DNA of 64,000 nt from Schmidtea polychroa (GCA_044892525.1 CM097885.1:172050001-172114000); one strand, 5' to 3'. Shown: positions 12,973-25,989, counted from the first letter of the stretch. Numbers and translations are program-made. The notes: generated by a model not told the origin, from the letters alone.

Positions 12973-13715
12973 CCACTTGCCGGGCGATTTTTTTTCATGT
13001 TTTCGGTCAAAAAAAAATATATTTTTAAAATCATTAATTAATAGTATATAATCAAAATATAACGTAAATATTTTTTTTAATTTTTCGAGTTTGTATTCAC
13101 TAATTATTAATTATTGTTATTATATAAAAAAAATAAGAGCCACTGTGTAGATATCATCTCTTAGGATATTAAATAAGAGTCCCATCATAAAATTAGTCAA
13201 CTGTGAGGCTATAAATAATACAGTGGGTCATTCATTCACTCGCTCGATGAACCCATTTTATAAATCAATAAAATATATTTTTAACAGTTAAAAATAAAAT
13301 AGTTAAAAGTGCACACACATACATATACACAAACAAAAAAACAGTTTGAAAAACACGAAATGTCAGAAGAACGAAGTGAAACAATTCAAAAACGATGCAG
13401 TCGCGCGCGTGGTTATTGGACAACTGATATTTTAGAAAATATGAATAAAATACGAACCTGGAATTCATGTGTGTATAGCCGAAACTTCACATGTGTTTAT
13501 ATAAAAAAATGACCTAGGAAATGGCAGTTTAGAACATAAATATCGTAAAATAATGTTGTTCGAAATATCGCTCATATGTTAGTCCACGCCCGGGATCAGA
13601 TTTCTTATTCAAAAGACAATATTTTTTCTATATGAGTTTGCGCTCACATGTGAGCGCTCGCCCGAAATGGTACACATTTTTTGCACTCATATTTGAGCGC
13701 GCGCCCGGCAAGTGG
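12973..13715. mobile_element. piggyBac-type non-autonomous element (MITE)
   Basis: Perfect 14-bp TIR CCACTTGCCGGGCG flanked by TTAA at 12969-12972 and 13716-13719; no transposase ORF. Confidence 0.88.
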
Positions 13716-14095
13716 TTAATGAGGATTTCAAAAATATTATTTAAAAATCTAGCTTATTTTATAATCTTTCTAATAGATTATATTCTTATTGTAGTTCTTG
13801 ATAACTGCTATTTCCGAACATTAGTTCATAAACAAAAGTCACCATTGAATAAAAATACAACAAAACCTTACAATTCTTATTTATTTATATCATAAGCAAT
13901 ATTCTTCTGTAGTGAAATCATGAATATTTTTTATTAAAATGTTTTAGCCAGATATCAATCATGGAAAATTGTAAATTAGCTAGAAAGATAAAAATATTTA
14001 TTTATATTTTTTGAAAGAAGATAACAAAATCTGTTAATTTTCAGATAAGATTGGAAATTTTTTTTTATTAATAATAATAATAATAATATTGACAT

Positions 14096-14330
14096 TATAA
14101 AGTGATTCTTTCTTGGTAGAATCGTTAATTAAATGCAATAAAGTGATAATTTACGCCTTTTTGCTGCGAATAATATATTTAATGAAAATATTTTCGACAA
14201 TAAAATAGACCTTGTCAATCTTATAGTCGAAAATATTTTCTTTAAATACATTATTCTCAGCAAAAGGCTTAAATAATCACTTTATTGTTTTAAATAATAA
14301 ATGCTGCTACCAAGAAATCATCACTTTATA
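14096..14330. repeat. Foldback / palindromic MITE-like element with ~105-bp imperfect arms
   Basis: TATAAAGTGA..TTCTTGGTAG...GCCTTTTTGCTG...GAAAATATTTTCGAC is mirrored by GTCGAAAATATTTTC...CAGCAAAAGGC...CTACCAAGAAA..TCACTTTATA. Confidence 0.8.
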
Positions 14331-14473
14331 CTATTAATTAAATGTTAATCAATTAAATGATAATTTAATTGAAAAGGACTATTTTTATAGTCAAACATTT
14401 TTTATTTTATTAAATATTTAATTTAGAGCAAAATCCTTAAGTCATCATTTAATTGTTTAATTTTGATATTTAT

Positions 14474-14475
<2 letters not shown>

Positions 14476-14556
<81 letters not shown>
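14476..14556. repeat. (TAA)27 microsatellite
   Basis: Direct reading. Confidence 0.95.
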
Positions 14557-14557
<1 letters not shown>

Positions 14558-15619
14558 TGGTTATATTTTTGTGTTCATTAGTAGATTTATCCAAAATGAA
14601 ATCTTTAAATATGGAATCGAATTTCCTTGACAGTTTCCTTTATAAGTGAAAACTGGGAACAGTAATATGTTAATAATTGTTTGAAAATAATTTTACATCA
14701 ATTTCATACTGCTTATTGAAATATTAAATTAAGTCGCAATACATTTCCTGGATGTTTGAAGTTCATTTAAAATTTAAATAATAACTAGTCAAATATTTGT
14801 TTTAATCGATATAAATTTCAGACACATTTTCAAATTAATTACATACGTTCATGAATTTTATATGATATTGAAGATTAATAAACCAATTTAAAATGCATTG
14901 TCAGATTTGTAAACTAGTTACTTTAAAACTATTTTACATTGGAAATTTCTTCATTTATATTTTTCGTCAAATGAAAATAGGTCAATAAATCGAATATAAC
15001 CTTTATAAAAAATATAAAAAACGTTGACAAATATGCATTAGATGTCAATTCGTTTTGAATGTTTAAAACTGTCAATTATTTCATTATTTACATTTCATTT
15101 ATAGTTCATGTTATCAATATCCCATTTCATAAGCAAATATTTTGTGATACAAATCAACCATACATTTTAAGAAATTCAGGACGATAGTCACAGGGATACA
15201 AACTCACCGTTAAATATATTAAGGGTTGAACACCAAATGAGATAATATTTTCGTTTGATTAGTCAGATTGTTTTTTAGTTTAAATTTTACAGAATAATTT
15301 AACAGGGAAAATATGTAAATGTGTCAGTCATTGTTGTGTGAGTACGTTAAAAGCGACATAAAAAAGACACTCGACAAAAATATAAATAAGCTAATGGACA
15401 AAATTAATTATTTTCACCAATTAAAATATGGAAAATAAAATGGTAGCAAAGGTATATAAATATAAATGAACTAAGTATGCAAAAGTAATCCGTTATATAT
15501 TTTGGTCTATGGGAAAATCTTTTTGTTGGCATTATTAAAGTATGAATTTCTTCATAATATTAAGACTAGCTAACAACCTCTTTTTGTTGTTGATACCAAA
15601 TTTTCTAAGGATTCAACTC

Positions 15620-15900
15620 AACGTTGGAAAATGACAGCGTTTGAACTTAGTGAAAAATAAACATTATTGTATGCTATTTGAATTTCGGAGAGGATCCATG
15701 TCGGTGGATTAATAAAGAAACATCAACTGTATATATCAAGCAGTAATACAAGTAAGACATTGCCAAATGTGGTTTGCGCGATTCCACGATGGAAATTTTA
15801 ATCTGAAAGATAGACTAAGATCTGGTAGGCCAAGAATCGCTGACGAAAACTTTCTAAATTTACCAATAGTTGCTAATTAATTGCACCAAACACACTTTTA
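15620..15900 (+). mobile_element. mariner-type transposase N-terminal fragment
   Basis: CQMWFARFHDGNFNLKDRLRSGRPR matches the mariner HTH-linker pattern (WF.RF..G.F.L.D..RSGRP). Confidence 0.7.
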
Positions 15901-15917
15901 TCTTGTAAAATGTTATA

Positions 15918-16459
15918 CTAGTTGTCGTACCCTGCTTCGCCCGAGTTTACATTTATTATAATAATTCATTTAAATTAATTTTTTGTTTAATGATGTTATT
16001 ATGTTCCAGTATTAATTTTATAACAGCTTCAATTCCATGTTTAATTCACAATAAGAAAAGCTTTCAAAATAAATTTCAATTTGTAAAATCGAAACACACT
16101 CCAATTTAAATCGAAAAATAACTGGCAATATTTTTCCAATTGCAAACTGGTTCACTAATCAAATAAAATTCAAATTCTCCATGTTTGAATTCTGCTTTGA
16201 AAACTTTTGACTAAATTATATTACTTTCAACTGCAAGTAGCAAGCATATAATAAATTATTATTTATATGGTAAATCGCTGACCGGACAGACATAAAAACG
16301 GATTAAGGGTACCCTAGAGTGGTCACCTGGGGGTGAAACATAGCATATGACATTTCCCGAGTCAAATGAGGGCAACATGCAAAATTTCAGCACCCTAGGT
16401 CCAACGGTCGGGAATTATATAGAAAACAAACAAACAAACTTTCATCTTTATATATTAGA
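15918..16459 (-). mobile_element. Non-autonomous Helitron-type element (Lep1/HaSE-like architecture)
   Basis: Minus strand begins TC(TAATATATAAAGATGAAAG), carries (ACAA)n, ends ...GGGTACGACAACTAG; inserted between A and T with no TSD. Confidence 0.75.
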
Positions 16460-16729
16460 TTTGTCTGTATGGTTTCGGGTATTTTCGATAATGACGGCAT
16501 AGATAAAATTCATTTGAGTGAGTGAATGATGGGTATCGAACAAATATAATTCAATCACAAATCTACCAAGATATACCACTGATAAATAATCACTGGGCGA
16601 TGTGGAAAAGACTGCACATCTTTTACATTTTTGAAAAAAAAATATTTGAAACTTTCTTTTTGAATTTCAATAATATTTACAAGTTCATATAGCATAAAAA
16701 AATGCATCAACTACTAGACAGATAACGGA

Positions 16730-16830
16730 TTTAGTTCGACGATGCCTCGAAGGATTGTGTCGAAAGCTCTTTCGTCTTTCCATCGAAACCGTCTCGTGAA
16801 TTTACACAGTCAGGAAAACCAAACATTAGT
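16730..16830 (+). other. Possible degenerate hammerhead-like / Penelope terminal-repeat remnant
   Basis: TCGACGA-T-GCC...GTGTC-GAAA-GCTC with palindromic AGCT in the stem III position; core deviates from CUGANGA. Confidence 0.25.
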
Positions 16831-18084
16831 CCATTGTCGTCAGTTTCCAGCCAAGTCCATTCAATAATATCTGTATTATTGTCATCGACAGGCTCAACGA
16901 ATTAAAATAAAATAATTATTTTTTCAAAATTAGGGAGAGAAAAACAAAAACGATTCCTGATTTTCATCACAAAGAAAAAACTGATATATCTGTAGTAATT
17001 AATTTTTGAAATCAAGATCTAGAGAAGCAACATGTTGTTAATTTAGCATATTCGTGACATCAAGGATAGTCATATTAAATCTTAAGTTTTGAATGTAAGA
17101 AACAATACTGTTTTAATAATTTTTTTTTGTTTATATCTAAAAATGTATTTGGTTCAATCACTTTGTCGAAAAATGACATTTGTGATTTTAAAAGCTGAAG
17201 ATTCTCTGACCCTTACAGCAGTTTTCACCCTTTCATAAGGCAAAATAAACATTTAAGAACACGGAAACAAATTGAATAAATTTACTTATAAAATCACCAT
17301 TTGATAATAAATGAAAACATTGTGAACAAAAATAATTATTCCCAATAATTACTGTTTCAGCAATTAGTGTTGAATTCATTTTGATTTTTTATTTTGCCCT
17401 TTTTAGTTGGACTGAAATTTTTTTCATGTGATTATATTTTATTATAAGAATATAAATTAGGTTGACAAACACTTGAAAAGAGAATCTACCACGAAAGTGA
17501 GATAAATAGAAAATAATTAACAAAATATGGTCTAAAAATGAAGCTAATGGAAATTGTAAGAAGATCAATGGCAAAAGATAATGAAAGATTTTATTGATAA
17601 AGTAAGATTTAGTTAAACTGAGAAACTAATAATAGAATATATCCCAAAGGAATCCGAAAAAAATACTTTATTAAAATAATTAATTTTAATGAGGCTTGTG
17701 CATGATATTTGTTCAATAATTCTTTTAGTCTAGGTCAAATTCTAGATCGACATACCACATTAGGTTTTGAAAATTCTAGGTCAGTTCATGTCAAAAATCC
17801 TATTAAAAATCCGATTGGGTTATAATTAATTATTATTTTCCAATCCTGAGAAAATGATAATAATTCATCTTGCTCAGAAATCATTAAAAAGTCACTGTAA
17901 GTAATTTTTATTCTCTGATTTTTATTCTGATTTTTATTTGTATGTGCCTTGCAAATTTTGTGAGGCCAAATTAACATAATTTCCGTAATTGGATTGAGCT
18001 GAAATTTGCCAAATAGGTTTGTTGTCGAGAACACTACATGTTATTAAAAATTCAGATTGATCCTATCACGGAAAGATTTATTTA

Positions 18085-18180
18085 TACTTGAAAAAGGCAC
18101 TGCCGAAACTTTTTGAATATCAAAAACATATCAAAAATATATCGATATTTACTGGATTCATAGTCAAGCTTCTTAATAAA
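18085..18180 (+). repeat. Degenerate copy of the hammerhead-headed repeat
   Basis: TAC-TTGAAAA-A-GGCACTGCC-GAAA-CTTT..., followed by ATCGATATTTACTGGATTCATAGTC. Confidence 0.7.
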
Positions 18181-18864
18181 AAAATAATCCTAATATGTTT
18201 TATGTTTTTAAATTTTATTGCACAAACCTTACATTAAAGGCTGTCTTGCCTAACAAAATTTTAAAAAAGTTGTTTCGTAATATTTTTCTCTCCGCCTTGA
18301 GACTGGTATTAATTTAGTTTATTATTAACTAGCTGTAATAGAAAATTAAGAATCGAAGATTAAACTAATAAATAAAATGTATTCTGTCGGCGGGGAAGCA
18401 TAAATAATTCTTAAAGTCCAGGAAATTTAATAAAAACTAAACCGCAACAGTATTATTACCAAACCTGAACAAGTACATATTTATTCTGATTTTTTTCGTC
18501 GAGGCAATAGACTGAATTTCATAATTTTCAATTGTCGGATACATTTATAATTTATAAATATATATAAATGGGAGATTTTAGTGATATAGAAAGTATTCGA
18601 TGGTAATATTTAATTACGTACACCCATTCATGATAGGAATTTTTCCCCTTGATCCAATTTCTATTCAAAATATTGACATATTGTGTAAGCCAACAAGAAT
18701 GATAATAAATGTGAAATGCGTTTCTAACGGGAATTAAATTAAATTTCAATAATTTTTCTGTCTATAAGTGATAATTGCATGGGCTTAATTATTTTATTTC
18801 TCATTTTATTTAATAATCCCTAAAAATGTTTAGGTTTTTATAATTATAAACGATTATTATTATG

Positions 18865-18969
18865 AGAACTTTGTTTCAAATTTCACCACTGATTTATTTT
18901 CCATTGGCATTGTATTTATTAAAAAGCTTTGTATGAATCAGTAAATATATCGATGTTTTTTTCAAGTGA
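18865..18969 (-). repeat. Inverted, internally deleted copy of the hammerhead-headed repeat
   Basis: rc TTCACTTGAAAAAAACATCGATATATTTACTGATTCATAC...TGGAAAATAAATCAGTGGTGAAATT; stem II deleted. Confidence 0.7.
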
Positions 18970-18977
18970 ATTTGATG

Positions 18978-19058
<81 letters not shown>
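18978..19058. repeat. (ATT)27 microsatellite (second ATT run at 19143-19184)
   Basis: Direct reading. Confidence 0.95.
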
Positions 19059-19138
19059 GACAAGGACTATCGTATAGTCGAAATTTCTTTCATTAAATAC
19101 ATTAATTGCAGCAAAAGACTTAAATTATCATTTTATTG

Positions 19139-19185
<47 letters not shown>

Positions 19186-19749
19186 GTTGTTGTTAATTAT
19201 TATAATTGTTAAATTTTGACCAATTTCATGACTTAAATCATGACCTATTTTAGATCAAATATAAAAAAACACTGCAAATTATGACTTACATAGTTATTTA
19301 TTTGAATTATATTTTAATACATTATTCTGCTAACGACAAATTTTTTTAAAGCTCCTCAAGGCCGGTTCAATGTCGAAAAATTTAAATGAAACAAACTCAA
19401 AAAGCAAATAAAAATTTTGAAAATTATATTGATTTATTCAGATTTGAATATTTTATTTTATGAATAAATCCTTTGGATTATGGCTCACATAGATATTTAT
19501 TTATCTATGTATAATTTCTTATATTTTTTTGGACTCTAGATTTATATCTAAAACTTATTTTCGGAATAGCCTTTTCAAATGTTGCATGTTAAATATTAGT
19601 AAAAAAATGAAAATTTAATGAAACTAAAAAAAATATTTATCATGAAAAATACATATTTTGGTGAGCTTTACATCCAGTAAAATATTTGTTAAAAAGTATT
19701 TCATTATATCATTAGTCGGAAATATTTTTTCTCTCAAACGTTAATTTCG

Positions 19750-20400
19750 ATCTGATAAATATAAACATGTGTTTCCAGTGCAAAAGTTTCAGTTTTTAAT
19801 AAAATTTAGTGACCGACAAATTATTATGTGAATAAAAGTGAACTAAAAATGAGAGGTTCAAGAAATATTTTATAGAATACATATGCAATAATACATTCAA
19901 GAATTTCCCAAATTTTTTACATAGATTTTGTTATGTCTAGTAGAATTAATAATGGAATGCATTTTAATGAAATAACTTTAATTTAAATATTATTACATAT
20001 TGGTGTTCAGAGTGAAGATTCTAAAATTGCTTTATACAAATGTCAAAATTTTATGTTCAAATATATTGAAGAGTAAATAATACAAAATTAAAATTCAAGT
20101 GTTGTGTAAGGTGCTTATTGATGAACCAAGGAACTTATAGAAATGTATTAGAAGATAAAGACTAGGATATCTAGATCAAGATAATTTAGGTTTCTCCATA
20201 TAAAGGGTTTATATAATTTTTAAAAGGGTTTCGAACAAAAAGTATCAGATTTAAGAAGGTCGATTCAAAAATCACGGAAAACTTTCTTATGAATGGATAA
20301 AATTGTCCGTTTTTGCATTGTTCTAAAATAAAATGCTTTAAGCATGCAGTGAAGAAAGGCAATAGATAATTTTTGGAGACGATTTAAATTCGTTTTTAAA
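19750..20400 (+). mobile_element. Possible highly decayed non-LTR retrotransposon RT remnant
   Basis: Stop-riddled coding-like stretch with KVLIDEPRNL and IIFGDDLN pieces; weak resemblance only. Confidence 0.2.
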
Positions 20401-22232
20401 ACAATCTACGTAATGACAATTAATCAAATGTTTTTGGTTTTAGAGACATGTAGCAATGAATATGTAAGTGGGGAAAAGTGTTGACAATATTTGTAATTTT
20501 TATACTAAATTCCAACTTCTAACAGAATAATATTTCATAGCAAAAAGTATACGAAAATTATATGCATAATCAATGCGGTTTTCAGTATCTGAACGTTAAT
20601 TAGTACATTTTTGAAAATTCATTCTACTAGTAAAGTACAAATTTTTGAATTTCGGTAATATTTGTTGAAATATAAATAATTTATTGGATAATTTTTTAAT
20701 ATTCTCGTAAAATTAAAATTAAAATTACATCTATTTTTATTATCCTTCATTTTCATTAATTTTCACACTATAAATCAATATTTGAACTTTTTACAAAAGA
20801 AGAGATAAAATATTTATTATTTATTCAAAGTATTTATTTAAATCTTCAATAGTATGTGTGAAATAATACAATAATCTGAGACCAACTTGAACATGGATTC
20901 AAACAAAACTTCTAAAATTACATTCTAAACAAAACATATTTTTACATTTAAACAATACCTTTTTTATTTATATTGTAACCATAAAACAATCAAAATTATA
21001 ATTAAAAATTATTGGACACAAATTTAAAAGCTTAATCATAAAAGTTTAATTTTTAAAAGTTTAATCATAATTTTTTATAAAAAATTTAATTTAATTTAAT
21101 TTAATATAATTTCATACACAATTAAATTAATTTTATAAATTCTAAAATAAGTTCTATGGATGATTACTAAATAAAAAATGTTTTAATTATTAATTAATTA
21201 ATAGAAATATTAATAAAAAAAATTAGAAAACCTTAAGTTACAAATTTTATTTTATAAAAGATTTTAACTAATTTCTATTCCATCGTTTCTAATTGGAAAT
21301 ATTTTACAATATTTTTTAATTATTTTAATTACGCACAGAATTGAAATTCTGTTAGGTTTTTAGATTATTATTATTATTAATTAATTTCACAGAATCATTT
21401 GTGACAAAAAAAATCCAATAGATAATTAGTGAAGGTAATAATTAAAATTTCAGAAATAAAATGAATCATGTAAATTAAAGATGTCGGTTCTGCAGAATTT
21501 CAATTGTTAGAAATCTTTTACGAAATAAATTAAAAATTATTTCAAAGCAAAAATTCTTTAAATAAATATAAAAATTAAAAAATTTTAGTCATCCACATAT
21601 TTTAAATTTAACATATAATATGTTCAAAGTTGTTTTGTAAAATGTCAAAATAAAAATCCCCAGATATGATTTACAAAATTTCTTATTTTATTAAAATTTT
21701 AATATTTATTTATTTTATTTAAATAAATTTAATAAATCATTTGAAATATATCAAAAAATTCTCATGCTTTCAAGGTCTTTCCAATTTAATTAATTATCAT
21801 TTTAATCATTTAGTAAATAAAGCGACTTTTTGTTTTATGTAGAAAATGTGTCACAGAATAAGTTTGACCTTTGCTCTGATTATTTTTCGGCAGAGAATAG
21901 AATGTACAGTTTATGTAAAAACTGCAATCGAAAATTCGTAGAATACCATAGATATGTTTGTTTTTTATATCCTAATGAAAAAAAGATGTTGGAAAAAAAA
22001 CAAAACTAATGAAATAGAATTACCAAAATATTGAAATATGAATAATATCTCGACTTGTGTCACTTTCTTTCTAATGTCTTTTACTGAGAACAAATCAAAG
22101 TAACAACTTGTACAAGGTTTATGAAAGCTGTTTGAAAGATAAATTTATCTTTGTAAGATTTTGATTTAAGCATTATTAAAATTAACAATATAATTTTTTA
22201 GCAATGACTGTCAATTGAAAGTCTGGATTTAA

Positions 22233-22447
22233 CCTATTCGCTGCGTAACAAATTTATCTCACTTTCGCCAGGAGTGGCGCCGGTTTTTTAAATGAATCTG
22301 ATGTTTTTAAATTAAATCAAAATTATTTATGATTAATATGTCTTTAAAAAATGTTTTTGGTGTTTTTTGGGTCACGTCATTTATGTGCTTTGCGTACTAC
22401 GCTAAGAACCGTTCCGTCTCGCATAGGTGCCAGGCGCAGTCAACGTG
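22233..22447. mobile_element. Old piggyBac-type MITE
   Basis: TTAA|CCTATTCGCTGCG ... CGCAGTCAACGTG|TTAA; TIRs match about 8/13. Confidence 0.45.
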
Positions 22448-23112
22448 TTAATAAAGAAAATTATGCTGCAAAATTTACAAATAAGAAAAATTATATGAAA
22501 TAGTTGACGGATTAGAACAGAAAATTATAATAAAATGAGTAGTGAGTAATTTGCCCTATTAGGGCCGCGACTCTCTGGTCATACACTATAATAGGTTTCG
22601 TCATATACCGATATCACTTTGCCAGGAAACGCGGGAAATTAACTAAAATAAACAATATTCATTTAACACTTTACACTTTTTGGGGTCTTTTGGACCTCAA
22701 ACAAAAATATTTTTTAATTAATTTGTTTTTACTAATAGTTAATTTACTATCCCAAATCCGTATATCATGTACACGACTTATCAATAAATTAACAAATAAT
22801 AATCGTAATCAAATTAAAAAATATTTTAGTAAAATTTTTCTTTTTATTTTCAAAACGATTATTATTTTCATTTAGTTGTTATTAATACGATTCCTTGCCT
22901 GAAATATACTGTTAAACGGTCGAAATGTATAGCAATTTTATATTTTAATATGCTTAGTTGGCGATGTTCGATTATTAAAATTTTGCCTTTCTTTGATTAT
23001 TTATTATATTATTAGTATGTTAGTAGTAGGATGTGGGCTCCCCAGACCAGGTCCCCTCCAGATCACATATACCCCCTCCCCCCCCCCCCGGGAAAAAATT
23101 TTATTTTTTTTT

Positions 23113-24012
23113 TTTTTAGAACGATGCCTAATATTTTTAGAACTATTACGTAATCAATGCCTAATATTTTTAGAACGATGCCTAATATTTTTAGAACTAT
23201 TAAGTAATTTTTTTTAAATTAATTGGTCCAGCGGTGACCTACTTTTTTTCTTCCCAAAAGTAATGTTCCCGCCAACAAATTTTATTGAACGATACCTCAT
23301 CTTAAAGCTCAGTCCAAGACCTTTCGAATGAGCTATAGGTATCTTATATATCTTTATTAGTTTTAATGTTATTAACAATTGATGACCACCATCTTTTCAA
23401 CGTTAAATTATTATTATTTTTCAAAATATTATTAAGTGATCCAGCGGGGACCTACTTTTTTTCATCCCAAAAATTATTGTTCCCACCAACATATTATATT
23501 GATCGATACCTTATTTTAAAGCTCTGTGCAAGACCTTTCTAATGAGATATAGATTTTTATCATACGATGACTCATCACATTTTTAGAACAAAGACAATGA
23601 CTCATCACATTTTTAGAATGATGTCTAATATTTTAGAACGATGCCTAATATTTTTAGAACGATGCCTAATATTTTTAGAATGATTACGTCATAATTTTAG
23701 AATGATGCCTAATATTTTTAGAATGATTACGTCATAATTTTAGAACGATGCCTAATATTTTTAGAACGATGCCTAATATTTTTAGAGCGATTACGTCATA
23801 CTTTCAGAACGATGCCTAATATTTTTAGAACGATGCCTAATATTTTTAGAACTATTACGTAATCGATGTCTAATATTTTTAGAACGATGCCAAATATTTT
23901 TAGAATGATGCCTAATATTTTTAGAATGATTACGTCATAATTTTAGAACGATGCCTAATATTTTTAGAATGATTACATCATACTTTTAGAACGATGTCTA
24001 TTATTTTTAGAA
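23113..24012. repeat. 22-bp minisatellite (TTTTAGAACGATGCCTAATATT and variant TTTTAGAATGATTACGTCATAA) interrupted by a ~210-bp tandem duplication
   Basis: Units at ~23113-23210 and ~23560-24012; duplicated block ~23225-23350 vs ~23437-23560 (CCAGCGG.GACCTACTTTTT...AAGACCTTTC). Confidence 0.9.
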
Positions 24013-24207
24013 TTAATAATTTTGTTTTAATTATCGATGATTATATAATTTTGTTTAAATCATTGATTATATAATTTTTTTTGTTTTAATTATCGAATAC
24101 GTAATAATATAATTTTGTTTAAATCGTTGATTACATATTATTATTTTTTAATTTTCAATATTTTCTTTCAAAATATTAACGCCCATGTGGAAGATGTTAT
24201 TTTCAAA

Positions 24208-24243
<36 letters not shown>

Positions 24244-24458
24244 TGCAATTATTCATAAAACTTAATTTCTACATCAATTTCATGATTTTCAACATTTTCA
24301 TCATTTGCATTTTTTAATAATTATCAATATTTTCATAATTTTCTACATTTTCAATATTTTCACGATTTTCAACATTTTCATGATTATTTCAGGAACTTTT
24401 ACATCAAATATTGTTCAAAGTATTATTTTCAAAGAATTATTTTCAAAGTTTTAATCAA

Positions 24459-24504
<46 letters not shown>

Positions 24505-24538
24505 TATTATTACGCGCACGGGGAATATTATTATCATA

Positions 24539-24645
24539 TATACTCTTAATCTATCCGACAAAATATTCTATCCCTTTATGGGTATTGCTCATATGGGTAA
24601 TGGTCAAAGGTATACTACTCACATTCAACATGTCTCAAAGGGTAT
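24539..24645 (+). repeat. ~100-bp repeat copy R2
   Basis: TATACTCTTAATCTATCCGACAAAATATTCTATCCCTTTATGGGTATTGCTC...CACATTCAACATGTCTCAAAGGGTA. Confidence 0.85.
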
Positions 24646-24889
24646 AATATAATTATTATTAAATTCTGACCAACTTAAATCAATGAAGGGGTACAACAAA
24701 AATATATTAAGTTGCGGTATTTTAAATTTAAAAATATTTTAAAAACTTATTTTGACACTAAAGGTTACTTAATTAACAAAGACATAATTATTGCACATGC
24801 TTTGCATAAATATTATTATTTTTTAAATTTTCAATATTTTCTTTTAAAGTATTAACATGCGCGGGAGTTATTATTATTATTATTATCAA

Positions 24890-24932
<43 letters not shown>

Positions 24933-24934
24933 GT

Positions 24935-25712
24935 TAATGAAAAATCTAAAATATGGTTTACACACACAACCCCTCAACCATTATTATTATTATCAATATT
25001 AAAAACCTAAAATATTTTCTACACACACACACACATGCACAACTCATTAACCATTATTATTATCATTATTAGTGAAAACCTAAAATATTTTTTACACACA
25101 CACACAACCCATTAACCATTATTATTATTATCAATATTAAAAACCTAAAATATTTTTACACACACACATACAACTCATTAAACTTATTATTATTATTATT
25201 ATTATTATTATTGCAAATATTAGTCAAAAACCTAAAATATTATTTACACTCACACAACCATTAACCATTATTATTATCATTATTAGTGAAAACCTAAAAT
25301 ATTTTCTACACACACACACACAACCCATTAACCATTATTATTATTGCAAATATTAGTCAAAAACATAAAAACACTCATAAACCATTATTATTATCAATAT
25401 TCGTGAAAACCTCAAATATTTTTTACACGCNNNNNNNNNNNNNNNNNNNNNNNNNNNNNNNNNNNNNNNNNNNNNNNNNNNNNNNNNNNNNNNNNNNNNN
25501 NNNNNNNNNNNNNNNNNNNNNNNNNNNNNNNNNNNNNNNNNNNNNNNNNNNNNNNNNNNNNNNNNNNNNNNNTTATTTGTAACAATATTCGTGAAAACCT
25601 CAAATATTTTTTACACACATATACAATCCATTAAACTTTATTATTATTATTATTATTATTATTATAATTATTATTATTATTAGTGAAAAAACCTTAAATA
25701 ATTTTTACACAC
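24935..25712. repeat. Compound minisatellite AAAACCTAAAATATTTTT(AC)nAACCCATTAACC(ATT)n spanning an N gap
   Basis: About 10 units of ~55-70 bp. Confidence 0.85.
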
Positions 25713-25840
25713 TAAGTTATGGGGTAGAGTATTATTATGTTTGCAGTATTCTGTGTTTGCCTTTACAGGAAGTTGTCAATATGGAGCGATAATTTTATAC
25801 ATACATTCTATATACACATACCTTGTTTAACATGGGTGTA

Positions 25841-25931
25841 TATACTCCTAGTTTATCCGACAAAATATTCTGTCCCCCTAAGGGTATTGCTCACAAAGGT
25901 ACTACTCACATTCAACATGTCGCAAGGGTAT
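25841..25931 (+). repeat. ~100-bp repeat copy R3
   Basis: TATACTCCTAGTTTATCCGACAAAATATTCTGTCCCCCTAAGGGTATTGCTCACAAAGGTACTACTCACATTCAACATGTCGCAAGGGTA. Confidence 0.9.
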
Positions 25932-25989
25932 ATTAATTAGGGTTAGTAAATAAAACTTATCACACACACTATTTAAACGATAAAAATCA

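Noticed and set aside
14476-14556. Three separate TAA/ATT microsatellites (14476, 18978, 54100) are all 27 units / 81 bp
   Set aside because: Identical length is most simply an assembly artefact (k-mer or read-length ceiling on collapsed repeats), not biology.
18966-19196. Poly-Ile ORF (and poly-Tyr ORF 24411-24647)
   Set aside because: Translations of (ATT)n microsatellites.
23113-25712. CRISPR-like appearance of regular repeats
   Set aside because: Units are contiguous tandem repeats without unique spacers, the host is eukaryotic and no cas genes are present.
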